From the IMG/VR virus record IMGVR_UViG_3300037424_000434, positions 128,001 through 192,000 of that record: a stretch of 64,000 nucleotides of DNA; one strand, given 5' to 3'. The position numbers and the translations under genes are program-made. The stretch comes from a virus. Its lineage: Duplodnaviria; Caudoviricetes. Positions 48,911 to 57,123 of the stretch are shown here, piece by piece; the first letter of the stretch is position 1, and each line of letters starts with the position of its first letter. Under the pieces are notes generated by a model. That model saw only the letters and a program-made list of their open reading frames with translations. It searched no databases and was not told where the DNA came from.

Positions 48911-50404
48911 ATGGCTAATATTTCGGACAACGGTGATCTAACACTAAATTCAAGAGATTTATCAGCAGGTATTATAGGTGCCCATCCAACATTCATTGAT
49001 AATTTGGATGGTACCTTTGATATTGGTGCATGTGAGGTTTTGTTGTATGATAACAGCACTCATAATGGATATTTGAGGAAATACAGTATTAGTGCTGTTG
49101 CTGGGGCGGGCACAACTATCGATGCCACCAACTATTTAGTGGTTGATTATAACGCAGGGTCTCCTCAGTACCAGATCACAACTAATGTGAGTTTGATAAA
49201 CGAATCCGATGTCATTCCAGTGGTGACACTGTATAATGATACTAATCTTGATTTGCATCCAATAGAATGGGACGCTCTTGGTCAAGGGCTTAGTAACAAA
49301 TTACACACTCGCATTGTCAAGACAGCTCGTTTTGGATGGGAATCTGGACTAGCTTTGGGGGAGTCTGCCACGAGGATTGTTACAATATCTACCGGGGTTA
49401 TGTGGGTGGGTGCAGTAAAAAGCACAGTATCAGCGTTTGATTCATCTACCGGGATTTGGATATTCTGGTATAAACTTGCGGGGGTTTGGACAAAAAACGA
49501 AACAACAACCCAGTACAATAACACTCAATATCAGGGTGCAACGGATTTGGTTGCTTTAACAACTAATAACTATGGGGTCAATTGGGTATTCGTTGATGTT
49601 GATGGGGACGCGGGGTATGTATTGGGAGACGACTCGTATGCAACGTTAAGTGAGGCTAATGCGGCACAACCACCGGGAGATCTGCCTCCTGAGTTTTTGC
49701 CTAACGGGTTCTTGGTGGGGAAGATAGTAGTATTGAAGAATGCTACCGTTGCGACCCAGATAGATAGTGCATTTACACATACATTTGTGGGCACCAGATC
49801 GACAAGCCACAATAACATGAGTGGGCTTCAGGGTGGTATAGTGGATGAATATTATCACATGACCAACACTAACCACACCAACTTGGTGGGTGATTTGTGG
49901 ACTGATATTCCTTTTTCGCTGACCTCAGCCAACACACCCGGAGCAGACGCTACATATACAGCGATTGGTGGGGGGAATTATGGATATTGTTGGCGTCTCC
50001 CCGCTTCGGGTGATCCAACATTAACATTTGAAGTACAGTTGCCACACACATATAAGGCGGGTTCTGATTTAAAGCCACATTTCCATTGGTTCGTCGATGC
50101 CGTAGCGACGGATCAATTTGTCATGATATTGAGATATACCATATGGAATGTTGGTGTTGCGCCTGTGTCAGGAACTTTGACAGCAACCGTGCCTTTTACA
50201 TCAGTGGCTTATCAAGAAGTCATTACAGGGTTCGGGACGATATCCGGTACAGGGATAGTCGAAAGTACCATAATCTCATGTGAGGTTGCACGGCTGGCCA
50301 CGTCAGACGCAAATGACACATACGCGGATATCATATACTTGTTAAGCTCTGATTTCCACATTCAACTGGATAAGAGAGGTAGTACCACGGAAATTCCGGT
50401 ATAA
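48911..50404 (+). CDS. Putative virion structural protein
   Basis: HNNMSGLQGG...YYHMT fibre-type motif; QLPHTYKAGSDLKPHFHW C-terminal domain. Confidence 0.55.
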   Translation: MANISDNGDLTLNSRDLSAGIIGAHPTFIDNLDGTFDIGACEVLLYDNSTHNGYLRKYSISAVAGAGTTIDATNYLVVDYNAGSPQYQITTNVSLINESDVIPVVTLYNDTNLDLHPIEWDALGQGLSNKLHTRIVKTARFGWESGLALGESATRIVTISTGVMWVGAVKSTVSAFDSSTGIWIFWYKLAGVWTKNETTTQYNNTQYQGATDLVALTTNNYGVNWVFVDVDGDAGYVLGDDSYATLSEANAAQPPGDLPPEFLPNGFLVGKIVVLKNATVATQIDSAFTHTFVGTRSTSHNNMSGLQGGIVDEYYHMTNTNHTNLVGDLWTDIPFSLTSANTPGADATYTAIGGGNYGYCWRLPASGDPTLTFEVQLPHTYKAGSDLKPHFHWFVDAVATDQFVMILRYTIWNVGVAPVSGTLTATVPFTSVAYQEVITGFGTISGTGIVESTIISCEVARLATSDANDTYADIIYLLSSDFHIQLDKRGSTTEIPV

Positions 50405-50406
50405 CG

Positions 50407-50435
50407 TTTACATATCACTTGGTATGGTGTATACT
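50407..50435 (+). promoter_or_regulatory. Sigma70-type promoter for gp47
   Basis: TTTACA-17 nt-TATACT. Confidence 0.65.
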
Positions 50436-50467
50436 CCCTTGTATTAACGTATATAGGGAGTATTTTC
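50431..50467 (+). promoter_or_regulatory. Hairpin sequestering the gp47 Shine-Dalgarno (terminator-like)
   Basis: Perfect 9-bp inverted repeat ATACTCCCT / AGGGAGTAT; the 3' arm is the SD and is followed by TTTC. Confidence 0.6.
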
Positions 50468-51496
50468 TTGAAAAGAATATTAGTAACAGACACCCATTTG
50501 GGGTGTAAAAAAGCAAGTGACTTTTATCTAGAATTGGTCTTTGGTTTATTCGAGGATATAGGAGTTTATGCTCAGGACAAGGGGATAAAAGAACTTGTCC
50601 ATCTTGGTGATTTCTTCGACAACCGCAAAAGCATGTCTCTCAAAACACTATTTTATGCCAATCAAATTGGACTGAACCTAAAGCGATTCGATAAATCCTA
50701 TTTTATTCTAGGTAACCATGATCTTTTTTACAAAGATCGATATCTGCCAAACTCTTCCCAGTTATTCGAGCATATGAATCATATTGATGTCATATATGAG
50801 CCAACAAAAATTGGTAATTGTGTGCTTGTTCCATGGGTTGTTGAGGGGGAAGAGGGTGGGAGTTTTGGGGACTTCCTACAGGCAACAGATGCTAGGTTTT
50901 GTCTTGGTCATTGGGAAATCAATGGAGCCAAAATGAATGTCGCCGGAACGGTAGCAGAGAACAGTCAATGGAACTTCGGTGATTTTCGGAAGTTTGAAAA
51001 AACTATTTCTGGGCACTTCCACACAAAAGGGGTATATAATCACAATGTTGAGTATATAGGATCTCCTTTTCACATGGATTTCAATGACAGTGGTCCTAGG
51101 GGCTGGTATGTATTTGATGATGAAACAGGGGATCTTGAGTTTGTAGAATGGAGAAAATCCCCCAAGTATATTAAATGGACCGCTTTGCCTGACAATATTG
51201 TAAGTGGTGAATTTACGGGACATGTGGTGAAGGTTATCTTTGCAGAGGATTTTGGCACAACAGCCAACAATCAGATTATCGCGGATGTACAAAGCACTAA
51301 TCCCCATCAAATATTTGTCGAATATGCGTTTAGTCAGGGAATGACAACGGGCACCCGAGAAGAGGAGACTGTTGTGTTGATGGACGCCAAGGATGTACAT
51401 CAACATTTTATCGATAAAAGTGATGTTCCAACTCATTTAAACAAAAAGGTAATGGCGAAAATAGTCGAACAAATGTACGGAGAGCTAGGCGGTTGA
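50468..51496 (+). CDS. gp47: Recombination endonuclease subunit (Mre11/SbcD-like)
   Basis: Metallophosphoesterase motifs TDTHLG, HLGDFFD, GNHD, GHWE, SGHFH, YIGSP. Confidence 0.92.
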   Translation: MKRILVTDTHLGCKKASDFYLELVFGLFEDIGVYAQDKGIKELVHLGDFFDNRKSMSLKTLFYANQIGLNLKRFDKSYFILGNHDLFYKDRYLPNSSQLFEHMNHIDVIYEPTKIGNCVLVPWVVEGEEGGSFGDFLQATDARFCLGHWEINGAKMNVAGTVAENSQWNFGDFRKFEKTISGHFHTKGVYNHNVEYIGSPFHMDFNDSGPRGWYVFDDETGDLEFVEWRKSPKYIKWTALPDNIVSGEFTGHVVKVIFAEDFGTTANNQIIADVQSTNPHQIFVEYAFSQGMTTGTREEETVVLMDAKDVHQHFIDKSDVPTHLNKKVMAKIVEQMYGELGG

Positions 51497-51499
51497 CAT

Positions 51500-52087
51500 A
51501 TGATAGACTATATATGTTCTATAAATTCTTACGATAATGGCTTGCTCCGAGAGGAGATAGCCCCTCCAGTAACCCAAACCCTAGGGGTGAAACCAGAAGG
51601 TGACCGCGTAAGGGTTGCCATACATCGGAGGACCGAACCATCATACTATAATAATATGGAGGTTCAGGGCGCACCATTTGTCGAACAAGTGGTTTTTGAG
51701 TTGGTGAGGTTTTGTACTCAGAGCTGGATAGAAGATTATGTCGAAAATGGGGTATCTAAGGGGAGATATCACATAATATACACCTATTCCCTTGTGCCCG
51801 AGGGCACAAGGATCGAAGATAGTGCAATGCCTAACCATAGATATGATAGGTATGGATATTCAAATACCAATCCTTTCGGGAAAATAGACGAGGGGGAGTT
51901 GAGATATCGACTTGGTGTTATTGAGAGCACCCTCCAAGAGATGAACAAAAAACCTATACTTGATCGACAAGAATTTGAGCAGATAAAGACCCGATTTAGA
52001 GGTTTGGAACAAACAGAAATAGATATACCAAAAAGATTGAGGGAATTTGATTTTTTTGAAAATGATATTAACTTTAACGTGGAGTAG
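51500..52087 (+). CDS. Hypothetical protein
   Basis: 195-aa ORF tightly packed after gp47. Confidence 0.65.
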   Translation: MIDYICSINSYDNGLLREEIAPPVTQTLGVKPEGDRVRVAIHRRTEPSYYNNMEVQGAPFVEQVVFELVRFCTQSWIEDYVENGVSKGRYHIIYTYSLVPEGTRIEDSAMPNHRYDRYGYSNTNPFGKIDEGELRYRLGVIESTLQEMNKKPILDRQEFEQIKTRFRGLEQTEIDIPKRLREFDFFENDINFNVE

Positions 52088-52089
52088 AT

Positions 52090-52443
52090 ATGATACAAGC
52101 AGATATGATAATAGAATGTGATGTGTGTGGAAGCACAGAAGGTGTTCAGTGTGAGATTATGATGAAAGGGTCCAGAGTTGATCGAGTATATCATCTTTGC
52201 CCCGAACACTGGGTTGAGGTGTATAGAGAATGTATTGAAAGTTTTCTGGACCACAACCCATATAAAGTGAACTCTTTTATAAAAAATGCCGCCGACAGCT
52301 TAATTATCAAACAAAGACATTTGGATAAATTGGGAGACATTACAACGGATGACGGTGTTGTTGATCTGAATATATTTGCTCCACGTACAGTTAGAATTTT
52401 GCGTACATTTGACGTAGATGCGGGGGATGAAACGAATGAGTAA
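52090..52443 (+). CDS. Hypothetical protein with putative Zn site
   Basis: CDVC...HLCPEH; GGAG RBS. Confidence 0.65.
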   Translation: MIQADMIIECDVCGSTEGVQCEIMMKGSRVDRVYHLCPEHWVEVYRECIESFLDHNPYKVNSFIKNAADSLIIKQRHLDKLGDITTDDGVVDLNIFAPRTVRILRTFDVDAGDETNE

Positions 52444-52660
52444 AATACAGGTTGATAAAATTGAACTGAAAAACTTTTTTTCCTATGGAAATGCGTGGCA
52501 GACCATTGATCTACATGAAGGGGTAAACATTGTTTTGGGGCATGATGTTGACAAGGAACGGTCCAACGGCGCGGGGAAGTGTGTTAGGGGTAACACCGAA
52601 GTCTGTATTGAATTCGATGACCCTGAAACCGAAAGATTGTTCTTAGAGTCTATTGAATAA
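52436..52660 (+). CDS. gp46: gp46 N-terminal fragment (48 aa, to Walker A GK) fused to a 26-aa split-intein N-fragment
   Basis: IELKNFFSYGN...NIVLG...SNGAGK is the SbcC/Rad50 N-terminus. It is followed by CVRGNTEV (intein block A, Cys at 52580) and then a stop. Confidence 0.9.
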   Translation: MSKIQVDKIELKNFFSYGNAWQTIDLHEGVNIVLGHDVDKERSNGAGKCVRGNTEVCIEFDDPETERLFLESIE

Positions 52661-52697
52661 TTATAATTATTTTGTTTACCTGAACCATTGTAGTCTG

Positions 52698-52705
52698 TAT
52701 AAATA
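52698..52705 (+). promoter_or_regulatory. T4-type late promoter of the intervening endonuclease gene
   Basis: Exact TATAAATA; the same TATAAATACTTG context occurs at 60035. Confidence 0.7.
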
Positions 52706-52734
52706 CTTGTAATACAATGGAAGAGGTAAGTATT

Positions 52735-53793
52735 ATGACAAAACGATTAAGTCCGTTTTCACAGGAATTTTGGATTCAGAAGGGTATGTCACCGGAGGAA
52801 GCCGACTATAAGAGAAACAGTTTCAGACCAATACGAAAAGAGTATTGGTTGGAAAAGGGTTATTCTTACGAAGATGCTGAGAAAAAGGCTATTCAAACGA
52901 AAATTGATAATAACAAAAAAGGGGCACTATCTTCTTCACAAAGAGATTCGGTGGAATTGAGAAAATCCAGTCCAAGGTGTGTTGAGTATTGGATGGAAAG
53001 GGGCTACTCTCACGAAGATGCTAAGACCGAGGTTTCTAATCAACAGTCAACCTTCTCATTAGACAAATGTGTAGAGAAGCATGGCGAAGAAGACGGTAAA
53101 ATTATATGGCAAAAAAGACAGGATAAATGGCAAGATACTCTCAATACAAAGTCGGATAAAGAACTTGAAAGTATAAACGAAAGAAAGGGTAATTGCGTAA
53201 ACTTTGCATATCTAATGAATAAGTTTGATGGCGATAAAGATAAGGTCAGATTATTTGTGGAAAGTAGAGGAATAAAATTATTTAATACAGTAGATGAACT
53301 AAAAGATTATGTGAAAGAATGTATTAATGACAATCCTGAGAGAAGATATCTATCACGGGATAGGTTCTGTATAAAACATAATATATCAAGACTTCAATGT
53401 GATTATTTGGGCATAAAACCCAAAGATGTGTTGAAAGGTGTGTTGAAGAAAGGGTCATATAAAGTTAGAGGGAAATATAACCAGACACATATGAGAACAG
53501 AAGACGGTTTGTTGAGAAGTTTACAGGAGATGTATTTCTATGATATACTGAAAGAAAATGATATAAAGTTTGAGATGGATGAGAACTACCCCAATTCATC
53601 TTTTAGATATGACTTTTATCTGATAGACTTTGATGTATATATTGAGATATGCCCGTTATATGGACAGGTCGGACAGGAATTATACACAGAAAGGATGGAT
53701 AAAAAGCAAGAACTGTTCAGTTTCGTGAAATTATCCAAATCCAAGGAATTTGAGGTTTATATAAGGAGGTTATTAGATGAAAACAACTGTTAA
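52735..53793 (+). CDS. Free-standing putative homing endonuclease between the split-intein halves
   Basis: N-terminal repeats [EF]-[YF]-W-x-x-[KR]-G-x-S-x-E-[ED]-A; C-terminal RSLQE...RYDFYL...YIEI PD-(D/E)XK/Vsr-like nuclease motif. Start placed after GAGGT; 52717 is an alternative. Confidence 0.7.
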   Translation: MTKRLSPFSQEFWIQKGMSPEEADYKRNSFRPIRKEYWLEKGYSYEDAEKKAIQTKIDNNKKGALSSSQRDSVELRKSSPRCVEYWMERGYSHEDAKTEVSNQQSTFSLDKCVEKHGEEDGKIIWQKRQDKWQDTLNTKSDKELESINERKGNCVNFAYLMNKFDGDKDKVRLFVESRGIKLFNTVDELKDYVKECINDNPERRYLSRDRFCIKHNISRLQCDYLGIKPKDVLKGVLKKGSYKVRGKYNQTHMRTEDGLLRSLQEMYFYDILKENDIKFEMDENYPNSSFRYDFYLIDFDVYIEICPLYGQVGQELYTERMDKKQELFSFVKLSKSKEFEVYIRRLLDENNC

Positions 53794-56224
53794 ACAAATA
53801 TATGATTTTTATAAAAAACACCCAAAACATATAGGGAAAGTAAAAACACTGACACCCTTCGGGATGAAGACCATTCAGGGCGCCGACATAACCGCATACA
53901 ATAGTGAGATTATTTCAATATCAACAGACAGTAAATTATTGGAATGTTCGCCTAATCATAGAGTGAGATTCAACAACAAATGGGTACATGTCGTTGATTT
54001 GAGGTTGGGTGACTTGATTGATACCGTTGATGGTTCTGAAAGTGTTAATGGTATATCAAAGTTGGACTTAAGAGAAGACTTATATGACTTTCAGGTAGAA
54101 GAAGTTCATCAATATTACACCAACGGTATACTGTCACACAACTCATCATTTCTAGAGGCGATTCCCTTTGCTATATTCGGCCAAACAGGGAAGGGGGTTC
54201 CTTTAAATAAGATCATTAACTGGAAAAACGGAAAAGCGGCAGAGACACGTCTTCATTTCCGAAAAGATGGGATCAAATACGAACTTCAAAGGGGAATAAA
54301 ACCCGGAATATTAGAACTTATTAAAGATGGATCAAATGTACCCAAGTTGTCTGATAAGAGGATATTTCAACAAGAGATAGAAACTGATCTTATTGGGATG
54401 GACTTTAGAGCAGCGCAGGCTATCCATTTCCAGAACGCAAACAATATGATTTCTATGTTCAATACCCCAAAAGCCGATAAACGAAAATTTATCGAGAAAT
54501 TCTTTAATCTAGAGGTGTATTCTCAATTAAATGAACTGGCTAACTCGAAGCTGCGTGGGATAGAGCTAAAACGCTCCGAATTGGATTCAGAGCGTTCTTT
54601 TAAACAAAAGAGGGCGGTAGAACTTGAAGATGAAATAAGACGTTGTATTGCACCAAACATTGAGGACTATGAGCTATCTGTTGTTGCAGCAGAAGCCGCA
54701 TTGAATGATTTTCGTTCATCAAACAAAGAAGCTTTGTTGTATAATGAAACCACTCTCAGCGAACAGTTCGAAAGTGTTCGCGCCACTGTTGAGGTGAAGC
54801 GAAAAGAACTTGACGTGTTAAGAGGTAAAATAAAGGCCATTGAGTTGGAATTAAGGGGTTTAGAGGTACAAAAAGCATCTTTAACCAAGCGTGTTATTGA
54901 TATCGGGGATTTGAGTGCCCAGAGAGACAAGTTAAACCGATTAAGAGACGGGCTTGTTCTCATAGGGAACCTTGATATTCAAGCAGATGAGCACCGAAAA
55001 GCATTGGCCGCTCACTCACTTGACAAGGATATTATTGAAAAGAAAAAAACCGAACTACAGACTGAGATGAGGTTGGTGGAGAAAGAGATTCGTAAATGGC
55101 AGAGCACTAATATATTAGAGGATTCTGACTGCCCGACCTGTTTTCAGAAATCAAATCCCGAGCACATTAAAGTACATGTTGATACACAGGTACAATTCTA
55201 TACCACCAAGTTCAACGAATTACAGGTTGAGCTTGAAACCCAGCTCGTTACACTCAGGGATGTTGTCGAAAAACTCACAAAAGCTCGTGAGGCTTTGACG
55301 CTGGTCGAAGATAAAAATTCCAAGAAAGTCGTTATTGAAAAGAGGATAGCAGAGTTATCAAATGTTTCGGAAAAAGAGGCAGAGTTAGTATCTATTAATA
55401 TTCAATTAACGGAATGTGATAGTAAATTGACTGTTCTGTCGGCCAGCCATGCAACAGAAAATGGGTCAATACCCTTATTAGAAGCATCAGTTCTGAGGGC
55501 AAATTCTTTGGTTGAAGAGACTCAAAAGATGTTGGATACATATCGACGAGTTAGTGCTGAATATGTTAGAATGGTTGAGAAGGTCGAGTCGGAGAAAAAA
55601 ATTCTAGCATCACAGAAAGAAATCGCCGAGAGAATCAAACTGGACCAAGAAGTTCGCATAGCCAGCAAAGCACAACTTGAGCTAGAACTTGCTGGATGGG
55701 ATGCTCAGTACAAAAAACTTGATACAATGAAGGATTATTTGTCCTACATCAAAGAAACCTTGAAGGATGAGAATGTTAAACAGTATGCTATCAGTAACAT
55801 TGTCCCGTTTGTGCAGAAACAGACCAATCATTACCTCGCAGAGACAGGCCATAATTATTATATTGAGCTAGACAATTGGCTGGAGGGAACAATTAAGGGA
55901 TTCGGTGTTGGGGAGAGCGATTTTGGTAATATGTCTGGTGGGGAAGGTAAGAGCATAGATCTGGCGTTGAAATTCGCTATGATGGATGTAGCCAGAAGCC
56001 AAGCAGGATCTTATCTGGATATTTTGGTTCTGGATGAGTTATTGGACAGTTCCATTGATAGTTTTGGTCTGGAAAGAACCATTGACATAGTTCGGCTAAA
56101 ACAAAGAGAGGATTTATTAAAAGTTTTTGTTGTTTCTCATAGGGACGAGATTGGCGCGTTTGATTTTGACCATACATATAACGTGGTCAAAGAGAATGGG
56201 TTTTCTGCTATATCGGTGGTCTGA
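53777..56224 (+). CDS. gp46: 122-aa split-intein C-fragment fused to the remainder of gp46 (SbcC/Rad50-like ATPase)
   Basis: Intein block B LECSPNH and blocks F/G LYDFQV...ILSHN|S (Asn ends at 54142). The C-extein has SSFLEAI, a coiled coil, CPTC hook, MSGGE signature, ILVLDE Walker B and VVSH. Confidence 0.92.
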   Translation: MKTTVKQIYDFYKKHPKHIGKVKTLTPFGMKTIQGADITAYNSEIISISTDSKLLECSPNHRVRFNNKWVHVVDLRLGDLIDTVDGSESVNGISKLDLREDLYDFQVEEVHQYYTNGILSHNSSFLEAIPFAIFGQTGKGVPLNKIINWKNGKAAETRLHFRKDGIKYELQRGIKPGILELIKDGSNVPKLSDKRIFQQEIETDLIGMDFRAAQAIHFQNANNMISMFNTPKADKRKFIEKFFNLEVYSQLNELANSKLRGIELKRSELDSERSFKQKRAVELEDEIRRCIAPNIEDYELSVVAAEAALNDFRSSNKEALLYNETTLSEQFESVRATVEVKRKELDVLRGKIKAIELELRGLEVQKASLTKRVIDIGDLSAQRDKLNRLRDGLVLIGNLDIQADEHRKALAAHSLDKDIIEKKKTELQTEMRLVEKEIRKWQSTNILEDSDCPTCFQKSNPEHIKVHVDTQVQFYTTKFNELQVELETQLVTLRDVVEKLTKAREALTLVEDKNSKKVVIEKRIAELSNVSEKEAELVSINIQLTECDSKLTVLSASHATENGSIPLLEASVLRANSLVEETQKMLDTYRRVSAEYVRMVEKVESEKKILASQKEIAERIKLDQEVRIASKAQLELELAGWDAQYKKLDTMKDYLSYIKETLKDENVKQYAISNIVPFVQKQTNHYLAETGHNYYIELDNWLEGTIKGFGVGESDFGNMSGGEGKSIDLALKFAMMDVARSQAGSYLDILVLDELLDSSIDSFGLERTIDIVRLKQREDLLKVFVVSHRDEIGAFDFDHTYNVVKENGFSAISVV

Positions 56225-56607
56225 TGGATCATTGTCACTATTGGAACAATAAACGAGTATGTATAGGGTTTGATTGTGACATATGTGATTATGCCAAAGA
56301 GTATCACAGGAAGAATTCTACATGTTTTTCTGCCCGTAAAATAGGATATGGTGGGGGGAAAAATTGCGGTGTATGCACCATCTGCTCTCATAGAGTATGT
56401 GTATACACACAAAAGCCATGTGTTCAATGTGAAGAATGTTTTGAGCCGTTCGGCATGGAGCAATGTGAATCATGCACAAACTTTGACCAAGAAGATGTTT
56501 TGTGGGTTAAACACAAAGATTGTAGATATGAAAGAAGGGCCGATTATGTCAGGGTACAGCGATATTGGGACGAAAATGAGTTAGACGAGGATCTGTTTAG
56601 TGTATGA
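56224..56607 (+). CDS. Cys-rich hypothetical protein
   Basis: 15 Cys in 127 aa, two CxxCxxC motifs; TGATG-coupled to gp46. Confidence 0.6.
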   Translation: MDHCHYWNNKRVCIGFDCDICDYAKEYHRKNSTCFSARKIGYGGGKNCGVCTICSHRVCVYTQKPCVQCEECFEPFGMEQCESCTNFDQEDVLWVKHKDCRYERRADYVRVQRYWDENELDEDLFSV

Positions 56608-57012
56608 AATGTGTGGTAGCTGGTAGCAGAAAGATAGATGATTATCGGATACTGGATTGTTTGTTTACAACACACTTCTGGCGTGATAAGATAGTGGAAA
56701 TAGTATCAGGGGGGGGCTAAAGGGGTTGATCGATTGGGAGAAATTTTAGCGGAATCAAGAGGATTGAAGTGCTCATTGTTCCCCGCAGATTGGGAAAAGT
56801 ATGGGAGAAAAGCGGGATATTTGCGCAACGATCAAATGGCAAGATATACCGATGTTGCGATAATTTTGTGGGATGGCCAGAGTCGTGGTACAAAGCATAT
56901 GATTGATTTGATGATGAAATACGACAAGCCATGTGACATACATATCATCAAAAATGGAATATTAGATAAACCCAACCATTTTGAAGAGAGCTTGTTTTGG
57001 GTGTGGGAGTAA
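56604..57012 (+). pseudogene. SLOG-superfamily (YspA/DUF2493-like) gene frameshifted at a G8 tract
   Basis: MKCVVAGSR...EIVSGG in one frame continues as AKGVDRLGE...AGYLRNDQMA...WDGQSRGTKHMI in the +1 frame. The break is at G8 (56709-56716). Confidence 0.8.
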
Positions 57013-57123
57013 ATAGCATCAAAAGTGTGGGGATATTGATTACCATAAAAGAAGGAATCCGATGTTAATAGTGATATCGGTATATATTTACATTAATCAA
57101 CAATAAAAGAGAGGAATTAAAGC

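Noticed and set aside
52661-53776. Group I intron interrupting gp46
   Set aside because: Only about 55 nt of non-coding sequence precede the endonuclease ORF and none follows it, too little for a ribozyme core. The downstream fragment has its own strong SD and ATG, favouring a split intein. RT-PCR would settle it.
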